This document shows, one piece after another, positions 23,160-35,500 of a stretch of 64,000 nucleotides of DNA; the stretch's first letter is position 1, and each line of letters starts with the position of its first letter. The position numbers and the translations under genes were made by a program. The notes beneath the pieces are model-generated. The model saw only the letters and a program-made list of their open reading frames with translations. It was not told where the DNA came from and ran no database searches. The stretch is taken from positions 14,074,001 through 14,138,000 of the forward strand of contig NC_092674.1 in the NCBI RefSeq assembly GCF_964355755.1. Direction: 5' to 3'. The DNA comes from Antedon mediterranea (lineage: Eukaryota > Animalia > Echinodermata).

Positions 23160-26100
23160 TTAGATCATGCTGAATTTGGTGCTAAGTTGCAATATGTGAT
23201 AAAATTAGAGGTTGATTTGACAAAAAAAATTAGGATTTAAGAATAAATTAGAGTAGCGTATAGTGGTGTGGCCATGTCTTCTGCCTTTAAAAAAAGTGCT
23301 TTATTTTATTTAAGATAAATATTTTATATAAAACATGTGAAAATGTTGTTATTTGTTCACATATTTTTTAAATTATAATAATATCTTATATTATGACAGA
23401 ATAGTGAGCTTACCAAAAGTACTGTAATTGGTTACTCTATAGTAAACCTTAAACACAGTACTGACTGTATAAATAAGAACTCACAGCCAGTGTTCAAGGG
23501 AAACTCTATTAAGCTTGGTTCCCACTAGGACGCAGTAGAAGGACGCATGTTCGAATAATCTTTTGCGTTGTGGCTTACGTCATTGCATTGTGTCATATTG
23601 GGAACCAGACTTTAATGGGACACTGGTCCCAAAGGTGTCCCTATAATACAGTTTCCACTGTAATATTTATGCAGGTACATAACAAAGATGGAGGAATTTT
23701 CCCTCTTCTATAAAAATATCCTAAATATCTAGTTTTCTGATTTGATGATAATTCTCCAATTTATATGGATATGTTTCAAAAGTTTAATTGTTAAATTAAT
23801 ACATAAAAAGTAATATAAAGCTAAAAAGAATATTTATAATGTTTAAAGTATTGAAAACGTCAAAAATCTTTTACAAAAATGTTCATATTTTCTGAATAGA
23901 TCTCTTATATTTATCCTTCCTTAAATTCACAATATACACTTACTACTGTTTTTTTACTTGGGCCATTCGGCAATGTATTCATTCACTATTATACAATCAC
24001 AGGTCAATACATAACATTTTTTCTTCTAAATTTGACTCCATTTACATTAGTGTCAAACCTGTACAAAGGTCATATAAAAGGCAAACTGTTCCATACTGAC
24101 ACTATAAACATTAATAAGCAATACTGGTTGTAAAATCATATTGTAATATTACTACTTACTACTGTTTTAAGTTTGTATTTATTGTTACTTTGTTATTTAT
24201 GTGTATATTATTACTTATTTAAGACATAAAAGACCTTTTACTATATAATTTCAACATAAATGTAATAACAAAAACAGATAACAACGTTTATGAACCATCG
24301 TGGAACCACTTTCAAGATCAAACAATAATATACATAATATACCGTAACACATCGAAAATAAGTCCATCTCGATATCAAGCCTTTTAGGCTTCTTTTCAAG
24401 ATACTATGGGCTTCTTTTTTCGAAATAGACTGTATTATAATGTCAAAGGAGCATAAGTTATTATCGTGTTATTATGGCATGGATTTATTAATGACCTTGC
24501 AACCATTTTTAACCATGAACTCGTATATTTATTCTACAATTTATTGTTTTCCAAATGCTACTTTTATTTCATCTTGCGTCTTCTTGTCTGCTTCCTTGGC
24601 AAATATATAAAATTGGCAGAGAATGTTTTAAAAATCATATATGAAACGTCATTAATTTAATCTTTTTGCCATTAGATTTTGTATTAGAATTATTTAATTC
24701 AAGTTTAATGTCAATCTTTAAATAGACATTTTTGATGAAATAACCGTCTTAAAAAAACTGTTTACCGGTACATTATTGATTTTTTATTTAGTATCAATGT
24801 GGTAGTTATTAATAGTTGAAGGGTTTGAATTGTGTAAACATTGAGTATTTAGTGAATTTAATATAAACCAAGTCTTATTGTAGGCCTATGTAAGAGCACA
24901 AGCTCGTCCAGGGATGTCGGGTCGTTCGGTTAAAAATAATTCTAATCCTAAGGTGCCCTTTTCAAGTTAGAAACCAGCAGCGAAAGTGGTAAATAGGCCT
25001 CATGACAATTATTTGGCAAATTCATTCATCTACTACTATACTAGGCCTACAGCTATATTTTCTTTAAAAAATCTTGGCTATGGACTAGGAACAGCGAAGA
25101 GTAAGACTCGTTCATCTTTTAAAATTACAGTACAAAGCTCCCCGCACTACTTAAAAAAAAACATCAACAATACCAAAATTGATATTGCTTTTTATTTAAT
25201 TGTGAATTACTATAAAATAGTGTATTTATGTAATTATTAAATAATATATACTAAACACAATCACATCTAACCCAATTCTGTGACAATAAAAAAAAAAGGT
25301 TTATCTGATTTTCCAACAGCATTTTTTATATAATCTTGTAATATATTTAGGCCTATAACTTAGTTTACACAATTTTATTTTTATTTATTTTTGTCTGTAA
25401 ATAATTGTATCTGATCATAATGTTATACTAGAAGAAAGAGATCGGCAATAATAAATAGCAATGTGTCGATTGGTCATGAAGGCACCAACTTCAATTTGTA
25501 CACCAGGTATAATATAGATCACGCGTTTATTTATTATGAGTGTTGATATTAACTGTACGTGTATTTTGCCATATACTTTTCATTAAATCAATTGACTTTA
25601 GTACAACCTTTACGTAACGTTATATTTTAGAATAATGAATGCTGCTTTAATAGTAGTATGGCCTGTGTGGTATATTACGGCGTTGTATCGTCTTCTCGTC
25701 TTTAAAATCGACAGCGTAGGACACTGCGATGTCTTGCAATGTCCAGCAGATGAAGTGGTGCGCGCTGCGAGTGCTGTCTTACAACCTTATGAATTTAGTG
25801 TATGTATATAATGTTTGAAACATTAAATTAGTTAAATGTAATCCGTAAGTGCCTTGAAAAAAAAAGCTTGTAATATTTTGTATAGATATTTATAGTATTA
25901 ACCGTACACAAATGTTTTTATAATAGCTATATTATTATAGGATAATATCAAATAAAACACTTTATCACATCATTTTGCCCTTTGGGTTACGTCATTGAAT
26001 ATAGCCTATATTCGTCTATTGATCCTTCTAATAATATAGGCCTAAGTTGTCAAAATAAAGTACCGGCACAAACAATTCTTTTATTTTACGATATATAAAT

Positions 26101-26950
26101 TTATATTATAACTTAACTTAACATACGAATGAACAGTAATCTTTTACTTGACCACCAGCAGATAAATATGGATACTGTAGGTAATAGGTCTTTACTGTAT
26201 TCATTTCTGCCTAAGATTTTTATTTTATAATATGCTCGCGTTTAGTCTGAACTACGCGCGATTTTATGAAATGTTATGATCATAAATTCGAAACCAGATA
26301 TTTTCCAATACAGCACTGGTTTATAATATCAAAATAGTCAACTTTCTACAGAGCTTTACCATTTAAAATGCACACAATAAATGTCCTAAAACGTTGCCGG
26401 CTATTTTGAGCATTTCAAATTATCATGTCATTGTCCGTCTTGTTAGCCATTTTTTATGAACTAAAACGAAACACGACATGCAATTTAAACTAATAATTCG
26501 TGCGATTACAGCGCCTCAGATGCCAAAAGGTGACAATGTACAATTTTTTTTCCGATCCGAAAAATCATATTTCCATCACCGCATTTATAGGTTCTATACA
26601 GTGATTTGGCTTAAACTTGGTAAAAAGAATAACACATGACGTCTTATACGTATACTGTATATATAATTCAAGCTTAACAGATACAAACTGGAACGCCCAC
26701 TCACTGGAAATATTAATAAACAAACAATAACTACTACAAACTTGTGGATCAAGTCTATAGCGAATCACCTAACCGTAAAATGTACACAGGCAACAATAGT
26801 GGACTAATCGTACACAGCATAAAGTTTTATTAGCTGGTCTAACTTATAAAAGGATTATGGCTTCCAATTGGCAGTGCAGTGCAGTCCTCTCCTACTCCAG
26901 AGTTTTATTCATTTTATATAGTCACATTGATATCAACTTCGTTTTACAAT

Positions 26951-29521
26951 ATGGATTTTGACGATGTTCTAAAACTTCTTGGCGACTTCGGTCGATATCA
27001 GAAGCGACAGTATGCCATGGTTTGCCTAATCGTCATTCCTGTTGCAATACATAGCCTATCGCATGTGTTTATCTCCGCTAAAACAGATCACTGGTGTGTC
27101 GTACCGGAGTTACAAAACTTTAATTGTACAAACAGTGATTCAGTCGAAAGGGAAGCATGTATCAAAATAAAACAAAACTTAGCAAGACCTAAAGATGATG
27201 TAAATACAATACCAAACGAAGCACAATGCTGGATGTATACGAGCGAAGACATCACGGAAGCACTTTTTACAAACAACGTATCTCGAGAACTTGACATTAC
27301 ATTGTGTACAAATGGATGGGAATACGATACCTCTCAGTACAAGTCAACTATCATCCAAGAGGTAAAGTCAAATATAGGTAGTTAAGTAAGCATCTAAAAT
27401 TGTGTTAATATTAGTAGCGTGACATCACAAACGATGCCTCATTTTGTGTTCCTTGTCAAGTCAATACGGACATTTAGGTGTTTCACAATTTAGGGAATGG
27501 TTCTTTCTCAATAGTTACTGTACAGGAATGCTTATAAATAGATGGAGAACTAATAAATAACTATGTGTGCAAGCCCACAACACAAGCGTTTTTTTTTTTG
27601 GCTGAAAGAACATTATTCGCTGCAATAGGCCTCAGCAGAGAGCTTATACATTTGGTCTGTTTGGCATAAAATTGATTTGGGCGGTATGAAGGGAGTTACA
27701 CATAAAGTCTTGGAAGTTTTTTTAGAAAGAGAAAAGAATGCATGTTATGATATCGTAATGTTGGTAAAAGTCTCAAAATTATCTTGCTTCAGCACTAGTG
27801 GGATGAGGTGATAGAAATCATCTCACCACCACTAACCACTGGAATCAGTGTATTGAGCTTCGAACAATTATCTTATATTTTATATAATTAATTAATTCCA
27901 AGCTGGAACTTTGACAAATTTTTATTTAATTTCCGGTCAACTAAAGGTCCAATTCTATAACTGGCTCAGTCGTGCTATACGTGTCTTCTGTTTAAAATCG
28001 TCGCCCACCACGGTCTTAGTGTATTTCAAATTATGCTGTTTTATATATTTTAATACAATTAATCGAAATGGTAATTGGTTGCTAATAAAGAATCAACTGT
28101 TTCTCAAATACGAACCCCTATAAGAATTCTAGTTACGTGTTTGTTTCTTTTTGTAATACAGGTTTCTAGGGACACTGTGTCGAACCAGGGAGATACCTCC
28201 CGTACAATGGTTAGAGCACATTTATCTAGTATACAAACCCATCCGTTAACGACAAAATTATCACAGATTTTTTTAGAAAAATATTCTAATGAGGGTTAAA
28301 TGTCGACATTATTGTATGAGAGAATTTTAAGAGATATTGTACGCGTTGATGTGAGCTGAATGGCATATGGTGGTAGAAACTTTTCTGATTGGTTGATCAA
28401 ATGACAGTTTGTCTTTCTTTGTGGTACTGCAAAGACTGCATTATGTGGTTGGGAACAGATTACTGGGACAGAATCTCCACTCACGCTCACGGAGGTTCAA
28501 CTGTATTAACCATTTAAAAAAAGAAATGATTTGATGGTCATTTTATCATGCACGATTGAGTGAGATGCTTTCCGTGTTACACTTTGTAGTATAGGATAAA
28601 TATAAATTGCAACGTTAGGCTATATTGTCAGTATTATACAATAACATCTTTCATGAAATGTTTATTAAAATGAATGAGTCCATGACTCTAATTTTTATGA
28701 TAGTAGGCCAAATGGTATGAAATTTATAGCAATTAAAATTATGCCAAGAAAATGTCAATAATGTGTCAATATATTTGTTAAAATATCGAATAATAGTCAT
28801 ACACTTGCCGCATACCGCGTTACTTACAAAACAAGACATTTCACTTCCGTATGAATGCATTGTGAGTATAAATGCCGGGGCCATCCAGTGAACTAATTAT
28901 CACAACTCCAAACATTTCGTTTTATATTCAAATGACACACTGAAAAAAAGACCCGAACGTAACTTTTTTTTTTCTCTTTTGTGGCGTTAACCACTATTTT
29001 ATTCATTTCATTCTCAAATGATCAATACAATGATTTTACACTTCATCCAAATATATATTCCCTTGTTATTCTGTTCTGTTATTTTCTTGTACTTTCTTTT
29101 ATCTTTAGTACGATTTGATCGAAACAAGTCGGTCAAATGTTCTTTGCCTGATTTGTTTATATATATAAAAGTATCTCTTCGGAGATCCCGCCTCGTGAAT
29201 AAAAATACTGTAAGATGAGGGCGTATCAATTTGATCTCTGGTGCGCGTGCGTACAACTGAGGACTAGTGCTGTTCCGCCGTACCACGCCGAGAATGTTGA
29301 AGAGTCGCTATCCAAACGAGTTCGAACAATACCATGAAAGCCCCAGTGGTCTAATGGTTAGGACATCTGCATATCAAGCAGGCGGTCCGAGTTCGAGTCT
29401 CGGTTGGGGCGACTTTTTCTCATTCTCACAGATTTCCTCATCTTTATCGTTTCAAATTAATTAATAAAATTTCAGTATATCACCGGCCGGTTTAGAATTA
29501 ATGTTCTTTGCCTGATTTGTT

Positions 29522-29557
<36 letters not shown>

Positions 29558-32500
29558 TATCCATTATTTTCTTTTATTTTAACTATTCCTTTCTACAATA
29601 GGTCTATGTCTCTGTACAAAACACACAAGTGCATATATATTCGAGTACATGATTGCGCACATGCATACATACGTACCCACGACAAAGGTATATAAATAAA
29701 TAAATATTTACAATATATAAAATGCAATACAATTATTATTCTTAATTCTTTTTTTTTTTTTTTTTTTTTTTTACAATAAGAACATAATTAAAAATACAAA
29801 ATTCAAATAATTATAGTAAGCTTTAAAAAATTCTTTCCTTACTCTTGTGTTTTAATTTTATGTCTCATATATTATATTATATTTGTTGCTTACTTATATG
29901 TTACGTTTCGTTTTGTTTTTAATATTTATTTCATTTATTTTCATTTTTTTAAAATAATTCTATATAAAGATTTAACCACCTATTGGCATTGCACAGCGTT
30001 ATATAAACCTCTGTAGAATATACCGTATTATAATAGTCGGTTAAGGTATAACCTATTATTTTTTCTGCCAAAAAGAGGCGAGAAAGTGAACCATAATTCC
30101 ATTTCTTTACTTTTTCAAAATGTGTGCTTTATAGATACAGAAGCATCCACGAGAGAACATGTGGTCAACATATCTGTTTCCGGTACCGAGTACAATATTT
30201 TGAAAGTTTGCCTCAATTGCAAACTTATATGTGGTATAAACATTAATTTATTTCCATAAATCATTTGCTTCAGTACATTGGTAAAAGAAGTGTTTATCAT
30301 CTTCTATTACATTTCATTGCAGGCAAGTGTCTGTCTTATTAATATTCCATTTAAAGAGCTTTCTATTGGTAGGAATAATACAATACAATAGTTTGAAATT
30401 TAGCTGTTTAAGTTTGTTATCTTTAATATCATTTACTTTTCTTTTTCACGTCAGTGTCCAATCGTTCGCTATATTAAAATGTGTTTCCCACTTTGTTTTA
30501 CTCTTGGTTGGTTCTTTACATTTTTTTTGGATAAAAAAGAGACAAATGTTTTTACAACTCATTTTACTATACTGTATTGATATAACTTCTTTTACATTAT
30601 CAATTTTTTGAATAAATTATATCTTTCCATTCTCGTGGTATTGCTTTTAGTAGACATGACAATTCAGAAATCCAATCCGAACGTAACTTTTTATGCTATA
30701 TCAACCCTTTTTTATCAGCTAATCTTTAAACAGTAGTTAGATAGTACATCAAATTTAATTTAGGTTTACCGAAAACCAAACTAAGTTGGTCAGGGTTATC
30801 AAATCTACGGTGGCCTGTACGTGTCACGGCAACTTTTTTTAAATATCACGGCAATTTACAAAAAAGCCACGGCAATTTACAAAAAAACACGGCATTTGAA
30901 CAAAAATACCACAGCAACTTAAAAATGAACACCATGGCTTTTTAAAAAAATTACCGAGGTTTATTTTGTAAATTGCCGTATATTTTTGGAAAGTTGCCGT
31001 GACGCTTACAGGCCACCGTACAAACTGCGATTGAAAGTATGAGTGTTTGCTCTAATGACGTCCTAATGATTGTGGTGATCGTATTTTTTCCCTTTGTTTG
31101 TTATTACGTTGGTAGGTGACATTGTTAGAGCTCATGAAGACACTGAATAAAATCTCAAAGTAGCCTACTGCACATTATAATATATAATTTCTTGGCAAAT
31201 GATGCATGTGATACGATTATAACGAGTTACACAAATCAAAGTTAACTTAACGACTATACCATGCACAATTGTAGAATCACTAGTCCATAAGAAATTCGGC
31301 GAATCTCGGTTCACCTGAGAAGCTGTTCATCCTGAATCTGGACGTTGACTAGATGTTGTTGTGCACTTTAACGAAGAATTACTTTTTGTTGTGGATAGGA
31401 AAGACGACAATCGGCACAAAATAAGTAGAATACTAATGCCTTTTCAGAATGTTTGAATAAATAAAATACGAATGTTGAAAGATAGTTACAAGAAAGACAT
31501 AATAAACAAGGATCATTTATTTTTAATTTTATTTGTATATGCTGTACAGCTCACTGCATGTTTATTAAATCATTTAAAGTATCACATTTTGTAATGAAAA
31601 TGTATAAACAAGAACGTTATTATATTATTACCAAACAGTGTTTAACGTTTAGTGTTTATCAGTTGTAAACCATTATCTTGATTTTACCAGTTTCTGTTTT
31701 ATAATTTCAGTTTGATCTTGTCTGTGATAAGGCCGCAAAGCCATCGCTTTCACAGTCAATTTTTTTTGTTGGAACACTAGTTGGTTCACTTGTTTTTGGA
31801 GCTTTAGCGGACAAGTAAGTATTTTAGCATTTCCTAATTGAACAGACGACCGGCGAAGTATTGGTCTGTCTGTTGTTTTAAAATGTAGGGGTGTATGTAG
31901 TTAGTAGATTTTGAATGGTCTTACTTATATATTATCATTGCGAAATTCATATGTCAAATTTATTTGCAACTAAACGCTTAATTAATAGAACATTCCAATT
32001 ATTTATTGTTTTGTGTTGTTATATCTAATGATAAATCCTTGTTGGTGCTATGAGCTAAACAACGAATGTTGTAACCGTACACATAATTCCATTGAATTGC
32101 TCTATAATCAAAATCACAGTTCGCATAATGTCACTCTTCCGTGACTTAAAAACCTCAAATATCTTTGACATAAACAAATTACAGACATCCCTTTTCATGT
32201 ATCGACTTAACAATAAAAAGAATTCTTTCTAAAGAATAATGAGCTGCACAGCTAAAATACCCGAAATGAAAATATGTCCAATCTAACTCAGCCGAAACTT
32301 TCTAAAACCAATCATTCAACAGGACCCGTACTATGGGACTCCCTTAACAAGTTTAGTTACTTGACCATACTTGTACTTTCATCACATTTAAATATAAATT
32401 CAAAAATACCTAATATCACAATAAAACCAATATTTCAACTCAGCTTTTATCCTTTGTCTCTGTAACCCCTCTTTGTTCCTGTATATTGATCCACATTTTA

Positions 32501-35500
32501 CTAATAATGTCTTTCCTGATGGAACCAATATAAAAGCTCTTTGAGCTTATTTGGTTCCTTAGACACAATGACAAAACTATTTACTGTATTATGTTTATCA
32601 TACTTATAAATATTGCTTTGTTCGAATAAAAGAAACTTTTTAAACAAATTAAACCGGTTTAAAATTAAAATTGGTAACAATCTGAAACAGATATGATACA
32701 ATGGGACTAGTGCAGACCATTGGTGCTAATAATGGAGCTATACAACAAAAGTAAAGTAAAACTCTTGACTAATTGATTTGTTAAAATTATTTTACATAAT
32801 ATGCTATTTTAGCTATAACGCTAATTTAGAAAATGACTCTTTGGTTCATTCAATGTATTCACCAAAGTCCCGCACTGTATCTTGTTTGATAAATGACACT
32901 GTATTTGGGATTATAATTTATTACATGATGCAAATACGCATTTTTGTTGTAATTTTCTTCATAGGTTTGGGAGGAAGCCTGTTTTGTTTTTAGCTGTAGG
33001 CTTGCAGTGTGGCTCTGGAATATTAACTTCCTTTGTGAATACGTTTGCTGCTTACACGGCGTTGCGATTCATCACGGCGGCAGCAAACATTGCTGTTTTC
33101 ATCACTGCCTTTGTTATAGGTAGGGTATTTATATATAGATATGCATAATATTCGCTCAGTGCAGACCACCTAATTATATTATATATAGTAATTATTTAGA
33201 TAATTATGGTAGATCGAGTTTATTGTATTTCCAACAAAGATTGACACAATAACATCTTGAAATAGTAGCTTGATGCTAAACATTGCTCTGCCTTACCTTT
33301 CTTTAGTCGATGTCTTTCGCGAAAGACACCAACAATAATTTTACATTACATTCATGTGAATAATGGACGAACAAATCAACTTGTTTGGTCCAATCAATAA
33401 TCAAGTGCTTCACTCGTTCAATGCCCACCTTAACCAGATGAGACGCATAAACCAATACGTCTGAACAGGGGCTGCCATAAGTGTCAGCAGTTATGATTTC
33501 AAATGTCTAATGGAACCAAGCTTCATATATACATTATATACAGCACCCGATATTCCCAGATTATTGTCAAAGCTCTAACCGGACCAAACGTTGCTTAACT
33601 TCGGCGACCTGGCGAGAACCAATGTTTCAACGTGGTAAAGCCGTATGCCTACATTCATTATGCTTTAACGCTGACGAAAAATATAATTATAAACAATAGT
33701 TACTTTATTCCCGGAGCAACCCTTTAAAAGTTTAATGTAAGTACAGTATACTAAATGCCAATTTCCACCAACGATCGTTAACGGTAAGGGGTAAGCGGAA
33801 AACAAAAATAGCCTATATAGAATCATGTTATTTCGTATGACCTTTTACAAAACAAGGAGCGATTGAGTGGAAACCCGCTCATGATAGATACAAATTCTAC
33901 CTGGGACAAGCACAAGGTTTTCCACCTACCACTTACCGCTTGAATCGTCTGTATAAATTGCCCTTAAACTGTACTAAAATACACTATAATAATGGTAATC
34001 ATTGTTTATCGATTACGATTATTATTATTACGATTTACTATCGATTCTCTTTAGGTACCGAGACTGTCGGTGTTTCCAAACGAACATATGCTGGACTTGT
34101 TATCGAATTCTTCTTTGCATTTGGTCTAATAATCATGGCAGGACTTGCATACTTTATCCGTGAATGGCGAACTTTACAGCTTGTGGCTAGTGTTCCTGGG
34201 CTATTATATTTTCTTTATATACCGTAAGAGAAAGTTACCAAAACACTGTATAAATACTGTAACACTTTTTGCATATTTTATTTTATTGTTTTATTCTCAA
34301 ATATTCAAGTCCACAACAGGAGTTTTGCCTTTCCTTTGTAATTATTATAAATAATACAACAAAAAGAGTGAAAGTAAATTGAAGTGATTAACATTTTTTT
34401 TTCATTCATTTATTTGGCACTTTGACCAGTGTAATGATAAAACATGTATGAACATGTTAAAAACTATCAAATACGCTAAATTAACAAATACATTATTGTT
34501 TTGTTAAACTAAAATAAGGCCTATATTTTAACATTATAGGCCTAATAGAAAATTATTTTAGTTTTTAACAAAACAATAATTAATGCATTCGCTCAAATTC
34601 TTGACCGAAATTACTCTCTTTAAATACGAATAATCTCTCTTTTTCAAGATTTTTCCCAGAATCAGCACGGTGGTTGATTTCTCAAAAAAGATATGATGAA
34701 GCAAAGAAGATAACTGAGAAGGCAGCAACTGTAAACAACGTTAATTTGCCAACAGATTTTCACTTTTCTGAACACACTGTACGTATAATAGTTATTACAT
34801 ATAATCAGGTATACGAAACGTTATCTAATATTTCTTAATTTTAAAACAATGATTGTTTATATTATTGAAAATTTCCAGTAATAATAATATTCATTCACAT
34901 ACATGATACAAAATGTTTTTTATTGGTTTTTCCTGATGGTAAAACAATTACAATATATGCAGATATTTCAACAACGAACGGATTTAAAGAGGCATAGAGA
35001 CATTACAAACCACCAGAGTTGAATACTGGAATTAATTTATAAACGGTGAAGATGTATATGTATCTTATCCCGTATCTTTTTAAAAGTCAACATGGGCACA
35101 TTTATCTTATTTCTTGGTTCTGGTATTCCTTGATAGACAAACGATAAAAATATGAAGATAAAAATGTATACACCTACACACGAAACAAGGGTATTTTATT
35201 AAGTTATCAACATCAAAAGAAATGTATGTTTCCTAAATTTAAACGCACCTTTCTCTTTTGCGGTAAAAGCTTCTTAGATATTTTGACTAGGATGTAATTA
35301 TTTTTAAGTTATAACATTTCTTCTATTCACTTGCTGAACTTTTATATTTTCAGGGTAAACCATCTTCACTCATGTCGTTTCTTGATTTATTTAGACCATG
35401 GCCAGTTTGTAAGCGAACGTTTAATGTTATGTTATGCTGGTAAGTTATGCTTATAATATGTTTTACCTGATGTGTACGGATTTATTTTTAGGAAACACTA

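Noticed and set aside
24466-26768. Short ORFs in the AT-rich intergenic region, and most other 60-100 aa ORFs in the track
   Set aside because: No recognisable domains or splice context; composition typical of random AT-rich ORFs.
29110-29330. Hammerhead ribozyme (CTGAGGA at ~29257, CGAAAC..GTC at ~29120)
   Set aside because: Core motifs are in the wrong order or imperfect within the unit and I could not build stems I-III; needs an Infernal search.
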